A stretch of 64,000 nucleotides of DNA from positions 243,226,001 to 243,290,000 of the forward strand of contig OZ024743.1 in NCBI GenBank assembly GCA_964016885.1. The letters are read 5' to 3'. The notes under the pieces were generated by a model. The model saw only the letters and a list, made by a program, of their open reading frames with translations, searched no databases and had not been told where the DNA came from. Shown piece after piece: positions 1-15,400 of this stretch. The position numbers and the translations under genes were made by a program. The DNA comes from Eledone cirrhosa. Taxonomy: Eukaryota. Numbering within the stretch: the stretch's first letter is position 1; every line of letters starts with the position of its first letter.

Positions 1-333
1 AATGGTTTGGTATAATTGTAGTAGCCACAGCTGTACCAACTAAAATGCTTTGGTATAATTGTAGTAGACACAGCTGTACCAACTAAAATGGTTTGGTATA
101 ATTTTAGTAGCCACAGCTGTACCAACTAAAATGGTTTGGTATAATTGTAGTAGCCACAGCTGTACCAACCAAAATGGTTTGGTATAATTGTAGTAGACAC
201 AAGGCACTTTATCAACCAAAAGGGTTTGGTATAATTGTAGTAGACACAACTGTACCAACCAAAATGGTTTAGTAATATTGTAGTAGACACAGAACTGTAC
301 CAACCAAAATGATTTGGTATAATTGTAGTAGAC

Positions 334-362
334 ACAGCTGTACCAACCAAAATGGTTTGGTA
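334..362. other. Representative copy of monomer-internal dyad symmetry: perfect palindrome ACAGCTGT plus imperfect inverted repeat TACCAACCA-AAA-TGGTTTGGTA
   Basis: ACAGCTGT (334-341) is self-complementary. TACCAACCA (341-349) pairs with TGGTTTGGTA (353-362) with a one-T bulge and 3-nt loop. Present in most 43-bp monomers. Confidence 0.9.
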
Positions 363-3300
363 TAATTGTAGTAAACACAGCTGTACCACCCAAAATGGTT
401 TGGTTTAATTGTAGTAGACACAGCTGTACCAACCAAAATGGTTTGGTATAATTGTAGTAGACACAGCTGTACCAACCAAAATGGTTTGGTATAATTGTAG
501 TAGACACAGCTGTACCAACCAAAATGGTTTGGTATAATTGTAGTAGACACAGCTGTACCAACCAAAATGGTTTGGTATAATTTTAGTAGCCACAGCTGTA
601 CCAACTAAAATGCTCTGGTATAATTGTAGTAGACACAGCTGTACCAACCAAAATGGTTTGGTATAATTGTAGTAGACACAGCTGTACCAACCAAAATGGT
701 TTGGTATAATTGTAGTAGCCACAGCTGTACCAACTAAAATGGTTTGGTATAATTGTAGTAGCCACAGCTGTACCAACCAAAATGGTTTGGTATAATTGTA
801 GTAGACACAGCTGTACCAACCAGAATGGTTTGGTATAATTGTAGTAGACACAGCTGTACCAAACAAAATGGTTTGGTATAATTGTAGTAGACACAGCTGT
901 ACCAACCAAAATGTTTTGGAATAATTTTAGTAGCCACAGCTGTACCAACTAAAATGCTTTGGTATAATTGTAGTAGACACAGCTGTACCAACCAAAATGG
1001 TTTGGTATAATTGTAGTAGACACAAATGTACCAACCAAAATGGTTTGGTATAATTGTAGTAGACACAGCTGTACCAACCAAAATGGTTTGGTATAATTGT
1101 AGTAGACACAGCTGTACGAACCAAAATGGTTTTGTATAATTGTAGTAGACACAGCTGTACCAACTAAAATGCTTTGGTATAATTGTAGTGGACACAGCTG
1201 TACCAACTAAAATGGTTTGGTATAATTTTAGTAGCCACAGCTGTACCAACCAAAATGTTTTGGTATAATTGTAGTAGACACAGCTGTACCAACCAAAATG
1301 GTTTGGTATAATTGTAGTAGACACAGAACTGTACCAACCAAAATGGTTTGGTATAATTGTAGTAGCCACAGCTGTACCAACCAAAATGGTTTGGTATAAT
1401 TGTAGTAGACACAGCTGTACCAACCAAAATGGTTTGGTATAATTGTAGTAGACACAGCTGTACCAACCAAAATAGTTTGGTATAATTGTAGTAGACTCAA
1501 GGCACTTTATCAACCAAAATGGTTTGGTATAATTGTAGTAGACACAGCTGTACCAACCAAAATGTTTTAGTAATATTGTAGTAGACACAGAACTGTACCA
1601 ACCAAAATGATTTGGTATAATTGTAGTAGACACAGCTGTACCAACCAAAATGGTTTGGTATAATTGTAGTAGACACAGCTGTACCAACCAACATGGTTTG
1701 GTATAATTGTAGTAGACACAGCTGTACCAACCAAAAGGGTTTGGTATGATTTTAGTAGCCACAGCTGTACCAACTAAAATGCTTTGGTATAATTGTAGTA
1801 GACACAGCTGTACCAACCAAAATGATTTGGTATAATTGTAGTAGACACAGCTGTACCAACCAAAATGGTTTGGTATAATTGTAGTAGCCACGGCTATACC
1901 AACCAAAATGGTTTGGTATAATTGTAGTAGCCACAGCTGTACCAACCAAAATGGTTTGGTATAATTGTAGTAGACACAACTGTACCAACCAAAATGGTTT
2001 GGTATAATTGTAGTAGCCACAGCTGTACCAACTAAAATGCTTTGGTATAATTGTAGTAGACACAGCTGTACCAACTAAAATGGTTTGGTATAATTTTAGT
2101 AGCCACAGCTGTACCAACCAAAATGGTTTGGTATAATTGTAGTAGACACAGCTGTACCAACCAAAATAATTTGGTGTAATTTTAGTAGACACAGAACTGT
2201 ACCAACCAAAATTGTTTGGTATAATTGTAGTAGCCACAGCTGTACCAACCAAAATGGTTTGGTATAATAGTAGTAGACAGAGCTGTACCAACCAAAATGG
2301 TTTGGTATAATTGTAGTAGACACAGCTGTACCAACCAAAATGGTTTGGTATAATTGTAGTAGACACAAGGCACTTTATCAACCAAAAGGGTTTGGTATAA
2401 TTGTAGTAGACACAACTGTACCAACCAAAATGGTTTAGTAATATTGTAGCAGACACAGAACTGTACCAACCAAAATGATTTGGTATAATTGTAGTAGACA
2501 CAGCTGTACCAACCGAAATGGTTTGGTATAATTGTAGTAAACACAGCTGTACCACCCAAAATGGTTTGGTTTAATTGTAGTAGACACAGCTGTACCAACC
2601 AAAATGGTTTGGTATAATTGTAGTAGACACAGCTGTACCAACCAAAATGGTTTGGTATAATTGTAGTAGACACAGCTGTACCAACCAAAATGGTTTGGTA
2701 TGATTGTAGTAGACACAGTTGTACCAACCAAAATGGTTTGGTATAATTTTAGTAGCCACAGCTGTACCAACTAAAATGCTTTGGTATAATTGTAGTAGAC
2801 ACAGCTGTACCAACCAAAATGGTTTGGTATAATTGTAGTAGACACAGCTGTACCAACCAAAATGGTTTGGTATAATTGTAGTAGACACAGCTGTACCAAC
2901 CAAAATGGTTTGGTATAATTTTAGTAGCCACAGCTGTACCAACCAAAATGGTTTGTTATAATTGTAGAGGCCACAGCTGTACCAACCAAAATGGTTTGGT
3001 ATAATTGTAGTAGACACAGCTGTACCAACCAAAATGGTTTGGTATAATTGTAGTAGCCACAGCTGTACCAACCAAAATGGTTTGGTATAATTGTAGTAGC
3101 CACAGCTGTACCAACCAAAATGGTGTGGTATAATTGTAGTAGACACAGCTGTACCAACCAGAATGGTTTGGTATAATTGTAGTAGACACAGCTGTACCAA
3201 GCAAAATGGTTTGGTATAATTGTAGTAGACACAGCTGTACCAACCAAAATGGTTTGGTATAATTGTAGTAGACACAAGGCACTGTATCAACCAAAATAGT

Positions 3301-6300
3301 TTGGTATAATTTTAGTAGCCACAGCTGTATCAACTAAAATGCTTTGGTATAATTGTAGTAGACACAGCTGTACCAACCAAAATGGTTTGGTATAATTGTA
3401 GTAGACACAGCTGTACCAACCAAAATGGTTTGGTATAATTGTAGTAAACACAGCTGTACCAATTAAAATGATTTGGTATAATTGTAGTAGACACAGAACT
3501 GTATCAACCAAAATGGTTTGGTATAATTGTAGTAGACACAGCTGTACCAACCAAAATGGTTTAGTAATATTGTAGTAGACACAGAACTGTACCAACTAAA
3601 ATGATTTGGTATAATTGTAGTAAACACAGAACTGTACCAACCAAAATGGTTTGGTATAATTGTAGTAGACACAGCTGTACCAACCAAAATGCTTTGGTAT
3701 AATTGTAGTAGACACAGCTGTACCAACCAAAATGGTTTGGTATAATTGTAGTAGACACAGCTGTACCAACCAAAATGGTTTGGTATAATTGTAGTAGACA
3801 CAGCTGTACCAAGCAAAATGGTTTGGTATAATTGTAGTAAACACAGCTGTACCAACCAAAATGGTTTGGTATAATTGTAGTAGACACAAGGCACTTTATC
3901 AACCAAAATGGTTTGGTATAATTGTAGTAGACACAACTGTACCAACCAAAATGGTTTAGTAATATTGTAGTAGACACAGAACTGTACCAACCAAAATGAT
4001 TTGGTATAATTGTAGTAGACACAGCCATACCAACCAACATGGTTTGGTATAATTGTAGTAGACACAGCTGTACCAACCAAAATGGTTTGGTATAATTTTA
4101 GTAGACACAGCTGTACCAACCAAAATGGTTTGGTTTAATTGTAGTAAACACAGCTGTACCACCCAAAATGGTTTTGTTTAATTGTAGTAGACACAGCTGT
4201 ACCAACCAAAATGGTTTGGTATAATTGTAGTAGACACAGCTGTACCAACCAAAAGGGTTTGGTATAATTGTAGTAGACACAGCTGTACCAACCAAAATGG
4301 TTTCGTATAATTGTAGTAGACACAGCTGTACCAACCAAAATGGTTTGGTATAATTTTAGTAGCCACAGCTGTACCAACTAAAATGCTTTGGTATAATTGT
4401 AGTAGACACAGCTGTACCAACCAAAATGGTTTGGTATAATTGTAGTAGACACAGCTGTACTAACCAAAATGGTTTGGTATAATTGTAGTAGCCACAGCTG
4501 TACCAACCAAAATGGTTTGGTATAATTGTAGTAGCCACAGCTGTACCAACCAAAATGGTTTGGTATAATTGTAGTAGACACAGCTGTACCAACCAAAATG
4601 GTTTGGTATAATTGTAGTAGACACAGTTGTACCAACCAAAATGGTTTGGTATAATTGTAGTTGACACAAGGCACTTTATCAACCAAAATGGTTTGGTATA
4701 ATTGTAGTAAACACAGCTGTACCAACCAAAATGGTTTAGTAGTATTGAAGTAGACACAGAACTGTACCAACCAAAATGATTTGGTATAATTGTAGTAGAC
4801 ACAGCCGTACCATCCAAAATGGTTTGGTATAATTGTAGTAGACACAGCTGTACCAACCAAAATGGTTTGGTATAATTGTAGTAGACACAGCTGTACCACC
4901 CAAAATTGTTTGGTTTAATTGTAGTAGACACAGCTGTACCAACGAAAATGGTTTGGTATGATTGTAGTAGACACAGCTGTACCAACCAAAATGGTTTGGT
5001 ATAATTGTAGTAGACACAGCTGTACCAACGAAAATGGTTTGGTATAATTGTAGTAGACACAGCTGTACCAACCAAAATGGTTTGGTATAATTGTAGTAGC
5101 CACAGCTGTACCAACTAAAATGCTTTGGTATAATTGTAGTAGACACAGCTGTACCAACCAAAATGGTTTCGTATAATTGTAGTAGGCACAGCTGTACCAA
5201 CCAAAATGGTTTGGTATAATTGTAGTAGCCACAGCTGTACCAACCAAAATGGTTTGGTATAATTGTAGTAGCCACAGCTGTACCAACCAAAATGGTTTGG
5301 TATAATTGTAGTAGACACAACTGTACCAACCAAAATAGTTTGGTATAATTGTAGTAGCCACAGCTGTACCAACCAAGATGGTTTGGTATAATTGTAGTAG
5401 ACACAGCTGTACCAACCAAAATGGTTTGGTATAATTGTAGTAGACACAGCTGTACCAAGCAAAATGGTTTGGTATAATTTTAGTAGCCACAGCTGTACCA
5501 ACCAAAATGCTTTGGTATAATTGTAGTAGACACAGCTGTTCCAACCAAAATGGTTTGGTATAATTGTAGTAGAAACAGCTGTACCAACTAAAATGGTTTG
5601 GTATAATTTTAGTAGCCACAGCTGTACCAACCAAAATGGTTTGGTATAATTGTAGTAGACACAGCTGTACCAACCAAAATGGTTTGGTATAATTGTAGTA
5701 GACACAGAACTGTACCAACCAAAATGGTGTGGTATAATCGTAGTAGCCACAGCTGTACCAACCAAAATGGTTTGGTATAATTGTAGTAGACACAGCTGTA
5801 CCAACCAAAATGGTTTGGTATAATTGTAGTAGCCACAGCTGTACCAACCAAAATGGTTTGGTATAATTGTAGTAGACACAGCTGTACCAACCAAAATGGT
5901 TTGGTATAATTGTAGTAAACACTGTTGTACCAACCAAAATGGTTTGGTATAATTGTAGTTGACACAGCTGTACCAACTAAAATGGTTTGGTATACTTTTA
6001 GTAGCCACAGCTGTACCAACCAAAATGGTTTGGTATAATTGTAGTAGACACAAGGCACTTTATCAACCAAAATGGTTTGGTGTAATTGTAGTAGACACAA
6101 CTGTACCAACCAAAATGGTTTAGTAATATTGTAGTAGACACGGAACTGTACCAACCAAAATGATTTGGTATAATTGTAGTAGACACAGCTGTACCAACCA
6201 AAATGGTTTGGTATAATTGTAGTAAACACAGCTGTACCACCCAAAATGGTTTGGTTTAATTGTAGTAGACACAGCTGTACCAACCAAAATGGTTTGGTAT

Positions 6301-8929
6301 AATTGTAGTAGACACAGCTGTACCAACCAAAATGGTTTGGTATAATTGTAGTAGACACAGCTGTACCAACCAAAATGGTTTGGTATAATTGTAGTAGACA
6401 CAGCTGTACCAACCAAAATGGTTTGGTATAATTTTAGTAGCTACAGCTGTACCAACTAAAATGCTTTGGTATAATTGTAGTAGACACAGCTGTACCAACC
6501 AAAATGGTTTGGTATAATTGTAGTAGACTCAGCTGTACCAACCAAAATGGTTTGGTATAATTGTAGTAGCCACAGCTGTACCAACCAAAATGGTTTGGTA
6601 TAATTGTAGTAGCCACAGCTGTACCAACCAAAATGGTTTGGTATAATTGTAGTAGACACAACTGTACCAACCAAAATGGTTTGGTATAATTGTAGTAGAC
6701 ACAGCTGTACCAACCAAAATGGTTTGGTATAATTTTAGTAGCCACAGCTGTACCAACCAAAATGGTTTGGTATAATATTAGTAGCCACAGCTGTACCAAC
6801 TAAAATGCTTTGGTATAATTGTAGTAGACACAGCTGTACCAACCAAAATGGTTTGGTATAATTGTAGTAGACACAGCTGTACCAACCAAAATGGTTTGGT
6901 ATAATTGTAGTAGACACAGCTGTACCAACCAAAATGGTTTGGTATAATTGTAGTAGACACAGCTGTACCAACCAAAGTGGTTTGGTATAATTTTAGTACC
7001 CACAGCTGTACCAACTAAAATGCTTTGGTATAATTGTAGTAGACACAGATGTACCAACCAAAATGGTTTGGTATAATTGTAGTAGACACAGCTGTACCAA
7101 CCAAAATGGTTTGGTATAATTGTAGTAGCCACAGCTGTACCAACCAAAATGGTTTGGTATAATTGTAGTAGCCACAGCTGTACCAACCAAAATGGTTTGG
7201 TATAATTGTAGTAGACACAGCTGTACCAACCAAAATGGTTTGGTATAATTGTAGTAGACACAGTTGTACCAACCAAAATGGTTTGGTATAATTGTAGTAG
7301 ACACAGCTGTACCAACCAAAATGGTTTGGTATAATATTAGTAGCCACAGCTGTACCAACTAAAATGCTTTGGTATAATTGTAGTAGACACAGCTGTACCA
7401 ACCAAAATGGTTTGGTATAATTGTAGTAGACACAGCTGTACCAACCAAAATGGTTTGGTATAATTTTAGTAGCCACAGATGTACCAACCAAATGGTTTGG
7501 TATAATTGTAGTAGCCACAGCTGTACCAACCAAAATGGTTTGGTATAATTGTAGTAGCCACAGCTGTACCAACCAAAATGGTTTGGTATAATTGTAGTAG
7601 ACACAGCTGTACCAACCAAAATGGTTTGGTATAATTGTAGTAGACACAGTTGTACCAACCAAAATGGTTTGGTATAATTGTAGTAGACACAGCTGTACCA
7701 ACCAAAATGGTTTGGTATAATTGTAGTAGACACAGCTGTACCAACTAAAATGGTGTGGTATAATTTTAGTAGCCACAGCTGTACCAACCAAAATGGTTTG
7801 GTATAATCGTAGTAGCCACAGCTGTACCAACCAAAATGGTTTTGTATAATTGTAGTAGACACAGCTGTACCAACCAAAATGGTTTGGTATAATTGTAGTA
7901 GCCATAGCTGTACCAACCAAAATGGTTTGGTATAATTGTAGTAGACACAGCTGTACCAACCAAAATGGTTTGGTATAATTGTAGTAAACACAGCTGTACC
8001 AACCAGAATGGTTTGGTATAATTGTAGTAGACACAAGGCACTGTATCAACCAAAATGGTTTGGTATAATTGTAGTAGACACAGCTGTACCAACCAAAATG
8101 GTTTAGTAATATTGTAGTAGACACAGAACTGTACCAACTAAAATGATTTGGTATACTTGTAGTAGACACAGAACTGTACCAACCAAAATGGTTTGGTATA
8201 ATTGTAGTAGACACAGCTGTACCAACCAAAATGGTTTAGTAATATTGTAGTAGACACAGAACTGTACCAACCAAAATGGTTTGGTATAATTGTAGTAGAC
8301 ACAGCTGTACCAACCAAAATGGTTTGGTATAATTGTAGTAGACACAGCGGTACAAACCAAAATGGTTTGGTATAATTGTAGTAGACACAGCTGTACCAAC
8401 CAAAATGGTTTGGTATAATTGTAGTAGACACAGCTGTACAAACCAAAATGGTTTGGTATAATTTTAGTAGCCACAGCTGTACCAACTAAAATGCTTTGGT
8501 ATAATTGTAGTAGACACAGCTGTACCAACTAAAATGGTTTGGTATAATTTTAGTAGCCACAGCTGTACCAACCAAAATGGTTTGGTATAATTGTAGTAGA
8601 CACAGCTGTACCAACCAAAATGGTTTGGTATAATTGTAGTAGCCACAGCTGTACCAACCAAATGGTTTGGTATAATTGTAGTAGACACAGCTGTACCAAC
8701 CAAAATGGTTTGGTATAATTGTAGTAGACACAGCTGTACCAACCAAAATAGTTTGGTATAATTATAGTAGACACAAGGCACTTTATCAACCAAAATGGTT
8801 TGGTATAATTGTAGTAGACACAGCTGTACCAACCAAAATGGTTTAGTAATATTGTAGTAGACACAGAACTGTACCAACCAAAATGATTTGGTATAATTGT
8901 AGTAGACACAGCCGTACCAACCAAAATGG

Positions 8930-10490
8930 TTTGGTATGATTGTAGTAGACACAGCTGTACCAACCAAAACGGTTTGGTATAATTCTAGTAGACACAGCTG
9001 TACCAACTAAAATGGTTTGGTATAATTGTAGTAAACACAGCTGTACCACCCAAAATGGTTTGGTTTAATTGTAGTAGACACAGCTGTACCAACCAAAATG
9101 GTTTGGTATAATTGTAGTAGACACAGCTGTACCAACCAAAATGGTTTGGTATAATTGTAGTAGACACAGCTGTACCAACCAAAATGGTTTGGTATAATTG
9201 TAGTAGACACAGCTGTACCAACCAAAATGGTTTGGTATAATTGTAGTAGACACAGCTGTACCAACCAAAATGGTTTGGTATAATTTTAGTACCCACAGCT
9301 GTACCAACTAAAATGCTTTGGTATAATTGTAGTAGACACAGATGTACCAACCAAAATGGTTTGGTATAATTGTAGTAGACACAGCTGTACCAACCAAAAT
9401 GGTTTGGTATAATTGTAGTAGCCACAGCTGTACCAACCAAAATGGTTTGGTATAATTGTAGTAGCCACAGCTGTACCAACCAAAATGGTTTGGTATAATT
9501 GTAGTAGACACAACTGTACCAACCAAAATGGTTTGGTATAATTGTAGCAGCCACAGCTGTACCAACCAAAATGGTTTGGTATAATTGTAGTTGACACAGC
9601 TGTACCAACTAAAATGGTTTGGTATAATTTTAGTAGCCACAGCTGTAACAACCAAAATGGTTTGGTATAATTGTAGTAGACACTAGGCACTTTATCAACC
9701 AAAATGGTTTGGTATGATTGTAGTAGACACAGCTGTACCAACCAAAATGGTTTGGTATAATTCTAGTAGACACAGCTGTACCAACTAAAATGGTTTGGTA
9801 TAATTGTAGTAAACACAGCTGTACCACCCAAAATGGTTTGGTTTAATTGTAGTAGACACAGCTGTACCAACCAAAATGGTTTGGTATAATTGTAGTAGAC
9901 ACAGCTGTACCAACCAAAATGGTTTGGTATAATTGTAGTAGACACAGCTGTACCAACCAAAATGGTTTGGTATAATTGTAGTAGACACAGCTGTACCAAC
10001 CAAAATGGTTTGGTATAATTGTAGTAGACACAGCTGTACCAACCAAAATGGTTTGGTATAATTTTAGTACCCACAGCTGTACCAACTAAAATGCTTTGGT
10101 ATAATTGTAGTAGACACAGATGTACCAACCAAAATGGTTTGGTATAATTGTAGTAGACACAGCTGTACCAACCAAAATGGTTTGGTATAATTGTAGTAGC
10201 CACAGCTGTACCAACCAAAATGGTTTGGTATAATTGTAGTAGCCACAGCTGTACCAACCAAAATGGTTTGGTATAATTGTAGTAGACACAACTGTACCAA
10301 CCAAAATGGTTTGGTATAATTGTAGCAGCCACAGCTGTACCAACCAAAATGGTTTGGTATAATTGTAGTTGACACAGCTGTACCAACTAAAATGGTTTGG
10401 TATAATTTTAGTAGCCACAGCTGTAACAACCAAAATGGTTTGGTATAATTGTAGTAGACACTAGGCACTTTATCAACCAAAATGGTTTGG
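8930..10490. repeat. Nested tandem duplication, 778-bp period (17 x 43 + one 47-bp monomer); repeated again at +5,612
   Basis: ORFs 8985..9608 and 9763..10386 are identical. Private CACTAGGCAC at ~9681 and ~10459. Boundaries approximate. Confidence 0.9.
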
Positions 10491-10749
10491 TATAATTGTA
10501 GTAGACACGGAACTGTACCAACCAAAATGATTTGGTATAATTGTAGTAGACACAGCTTTACCAACGAAAATGGTTTGGTATTATTGTAGTAAACACAACT
10601 GTACCACCCAAAAGGGTTTGGTTTAATTGTAGTAGACACAGCTGTACCAACCAAAATGGTTTGGTATAATTGTAGTAGACACAGTTGTACCAACCAAAAT
10701 GGTTTGGTATAATTGTAGTAGACACAGCTGTACCAACCAAAAGGGTTTG

Positions 10750-12410
10750 GTATAATTGTAGTAGACACAGCTGTACCAACCAAAATGGTTTGGTATAATT
10801 TTAGTAGCTACAGCTGTACCAACTAAAATGCTTTGGTATAATTGTAGTAGACACAGCTGTACCAACCAAAATGGTTTGGTATAATTGTAGTAGACTCAGC
10901 TGTACCAACCAAAATGGTTTGGTATAATTGTAGTAGCCACAGCTGTACCAACCAAAATGGTTTGGTATAATTGTAGTAGCCACAGCTGTACCAACCAAAA
11001 TGGTTTGGTATAATTGTAGTATACACAACTGTACCAACCAAAATGGTTTGGTATAATTGTAGTAGCCACAGCTGTACCAACTAAAATGCTTTGGTATAAT
11101 TTTAGTAGACACAGCTGTACCAACCAAAATGGTTTGGTATAATTGTAGTAGACACAGCTGTACCAACCAAAATGGTTTGGTATAATTTTAGTAGCCACAG
11201 ATGTACCAACCAAATGGTTTGGTATAATTGTAGTAGCCACAGCTGTACCAACCAAAATGGTTTGGTATAATTGTAGTAGACACAGCTGTACCAACCAAAA
11301 TGGTTTGGTATAATTCTAGTAGACACAGCTGTACCAACCAAAATGGTTTGGTATAATATTAGTAGCCACAGCTGTACCAACCAAAATGGTTTGGTATAAT
11401 TTTAGTAGCCACAGCTGTACCAACCAAAATAGTTTGGTCTAATTGTAGTAGCCACAGCTGTACCAACCAAAATGGTTTGGTATAATTGTAGTAGACACAG
11501 CTGTACCAACCAAAATGGTTTGGTATAATTTTAGTAGCCACAGCTGTACCAACTAAAATGCTTTGGTATAATTGTAGTAGACACAGCTGTACCAACCAAA
11601 ATGGTTTGGTATAATTTTAGTAGCTACAGCTGTACCAACTAAAATGCTTTGGTATAATTGTAGTAGACACAGCTGTACCAACCAAAATGGTTTGGTATAA
11701 TTGTAGTAGACTCAGCTGTACCAACCAAAATGGTTTGGTATAATTGTAGTAGCCACAGCTGTACCAACCAAAATGGTTTGGTATAATTGTAGTAGCCACA
11801 GCTGTACCAACCAAAATGGTTTGGTATAATTGTAGTATACACAACTGTACCAACCAAAATGGTTTGGTATAATTGTAGTAGCCACAGCTGTACCAACTAA
11901 AATGCTTTGGTATAATTTTAGTAGACACAGCTGTACCAACCAAAATGGTTTGGTATAATTGTAGTAGACACAGCTGTACCAACCAAAATGGTTTGGTATA
12001 ATTTTAGTAGCCACAGATGTACCAACCAAATGGTTTGGTATAATTGTAGTAGCCACAGCTGTACCAACCAAAATGGTTTGGTATAATTGTAGTAGACACA
12101 GCTGTACCAACCAAAATGGTTTGGTATAATTCTAGTAGACACAGCTGTACCAACCAAAATGGTTTGGTATAATATTAGTAGCCACAGCTGTACCAACCAA
12201 AATGGTTTGGTATAATTTTAGTAGCCACAGCTGTACCAACCAAAATAGTTTGGTATAATTGTAGTAGCCACAGCTGTACCAACCAAAATGGTTTGGTATA
12301 ATTGTAGTAGACACAGCTGTACCAACCAAAATGGTTTGGTATAATTTTAGTAGCCACAGCTGTACCAACTAAAATGCTTTGGTATAATTGTAGTAGACAC
12401 AGCTGTACCA
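10750..12410. repeat. Nested tandem duplication, 816-bp period (19 x 43 minus 1); repeated again at +5,612
   Basis: ORFs 10801..11166 and 11617..11982 are identical. Private GTAGTATACAC at ~11016 and ~11832. Boundaries approximate. Confidence 0.9.
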
Positions 12411-15400
12411 ACCAAAATGGTTTGCTATAATTGTAGTAGACACAGCTGTACCAACGAAAATGGTTTGGTATAATTGTAGTAGACACAGCTGTTCCAACCA
12501 AAATGGTTTGGTATAATTGTAGTAGACACAGCTGTACCAACTAAAATGGTTTGGTATAATTTTAGTAGCCACAGCTGTACCAACCAAAATGGTTTGGTAC
12601 AATTGTAGTAGACACAGCTGTACCAACCAAAATGGTTTGGTATAATTGTAGTAGACACAGAACTGTACCAACCAAAATGGTTTGGTATAATCGTAGTAGC
12701 CACAGCTGTACCAACCAAAATGGTTTGGTATAATTGTAGTAGACACAGCTGTACCAACCAAAATGGTTTGGTATAATTGTAGTAGCCACAGCTGTACCAA
12801 CCAAAATGGTTTGGTATAATTGTAGTAAACACAGTTGTACCAACCAAAATGATTTGGTATAATTGTAGTTGACACAGCTGTACCAACTAAAATGGTTTGG
12901 TATAATTTTAGTAGCCACAGCTGTACCAAACAAAATGGTTTGGTATAATTGTAGTAGACACAAGGCACTTTATCAACCAAAATGGTTTGGTGTAATTGTA
13001 GTAGACACAACTGTACCAACCAAAATGGTTTAGTAATATTGTAGTAGACACGGAACTGTACCAACCAAAATGATTTGGTATAATTGTAGTAGACACAGCT
13101 GTACCAACCAAAATGGTTTGGTATAATTGTAGTAAACACAGCTGTACCACCCAAAATGGTTTGGTTTAATTGTAGTAGACACAGCTGTACCAACCAAAAT
13201 GGTTTGGTATAATTGTAGTAGACACAGCTGTACCAACCAAAATGGTTTGGTATAATTGTAGTAGACTCAGCTGTACCAACCAAAATGGTTTGGTATAATT
13301 GTAGTAGCCACAGCTGTACCATCCAAAATGGTTTGGTATAATTGTAGTAGCCACAGCTGTACCAACTAAAATGCTTTGGTATAATTGTAGTAGACACAGC
13401 TGTACCAACCAAAATGGTTTGGTATAATTGTAGTAGACACAGCTGTACCAACCAAAATGGTTTGGTATAATTTTAGTAGCTACAGATGTACCAACCAAAT
13501 GGTTTGGTATAATTGTAGTAGCCACAGCTGTACCAACCAAAATGGTTTGGTATAATTGTAGTAGACACAGCTGTACCAACCAAAATGGTTTGGTATAATT
13601 CTAGTAGACACAGCTGTACCAACCAAAATGGTTTGGTATAATATTAGTAGCCACAGCTGTACCAACCAAAATGGTTTGGTATAATTTTAGTAGCCACAGC
13701 TGTACCAACCAAAATGGTTTGGTATAATTGTAGTAGCCACAGCTGTACCAACCAAAATGGTTTGGTATAATTGTAGTAGACACAGCTGTACCAACCAAAA
13801 TGGTTTGGTATAATGTTAGTAGCCACAGCTGTACCAACTAAAATGCTTTGGTATAATTGTAGTAGCCACAGCTGTACCAACCAAAATGGTTTGCTATAAT
13901 TGTAGTAGACACAGCTGTACCAACGAAAATGGTTTGGTATAATTGTAGTAGACACAGCTGTTCCAACCAAAATGGTTTGGTATAATTGTAGTAGACACAG
14001 CTGTACCAACTAAAATGGTTTGGTATAATTTTAGTAGCCACAGCTGTACCAACCAAAATGGTTTGGTATAATTGTAGTAGACACAGCTGTACCAACCAAA
14101 ATGGTTTGGTATAATTGTAGTAGACACAGAACTGTACCAACCAAAATGGTTTGGTATAATCGTAGTAGCCACAGCTGTACCAACCAAAATGGTTTGGTAT
14201 AATTGTAGTAGACACAGCTGTACCAACCAAAATGGTTTGGTATAATTGTAGTAGCCACAGCTGTACCAACCAAATGGTTTGGTATAATTGTAGTAGACAC
14301 AGCTGTACCAACCAAAATGGTTTGGTATAATTGTAGTAGACACAGCTGTACCAACCAAAATAGTTTGGTATAATTATAGTAGACACAAGGCACTTTATCA
14401 ACCAAAATGGTTTGGTATAATTGTAGTAGACACAGCTGTACCAACCAAAATGGTTTAGTAATATTGTAGTAGACACAGAACTGTACCAACCAAAATGATT
14501 TGGTATAATTGTAGTAGACACAGCCGTACCAACCAAAATGGTTTGGTATGATTGTAGTAGACACAGCTGTACCAACCAAAACGGTTTGGTATAATTCTAG
14601 TAGACACAGCTGTACCAACTAAAATGGTTTGGTATAATTGTAGTAAACACAGCTGTACCACCCAAAATGGTTTGGTTTAATTGTAGTAGACACAGCTGTA
14701 CCAACCAAAATGGTTTGGTATAATTGTAGTAGACACAGCTGTACCAACCAAAATGGTTTGGTATAATTGTAGTAGACACAGCTGTACCAACCAAAATGGT
14801 TTGGTATAATTGTAGTAGACACAGCTGTACCAACCAAAATGGTTTGGTATAATTGTAGTAGACACAGCTGTACCAACCAAAATGGTTTGGTATAATTTTA
14901 GTACCCACAGCTGTACCAACTAAAATGCTTTGGTATAATTGTAGTAGACACAGATGTACCAACCAAAATGGTTTGGTATAATTGTAGTAGACACAGCTGT
15001 ACCAACCAAAATGGTTTGGTATAATTGTAGTAGCCACAGCTGTACCAACCAAAATGGTTTGGTATAATTGTAGTAGCCACAGCTGTACCAACCAAAATGG
15101 TTTGGTATAATTGTAGTAGACACAACTGTACCAACCAAAATGGTTTGGTATAATTGTAGCAGCCACAGCTGTACCAACCAAAATGGTTTGGTATAATTGT
15201 AGTTGACACAGCTGTACCAACTAAAATGGTTTGGTATAATTTTAGTAGCCACAGCTGTAACAACCAAAATGGTTTGGTATAATTGTAGTAGACACTAGGC
15301 ACTTTATCAACCAAAATGGTTTGGTATGATTGTAGTAGACACAGCTGTACCAACCAAAATGGTTTGGTATAATTCTAGTAGACACAGCTGTACCAACTAA

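Noticed and set aside
335-340. E-box CAGCTG in most monomers as a bHLH regulatory array
   Set aside because: A 6-bp match alone is not evidence of binding. It is absent from the 45- and 47-bp variants and from the terminal family.
358-366. Perfect bacterial extended -10 motif TGGTATAAT in each 43-bp monomer, and TTGACA in the GTTGACAC variant (e.g. ~5959)
   Set aside because: No downstream genes, the context looks like eukaryotic satellite, and TTGACA lies 26 bp from the next TATAAT rather than ~17. Treated as coincidence in AT-rich sequence.
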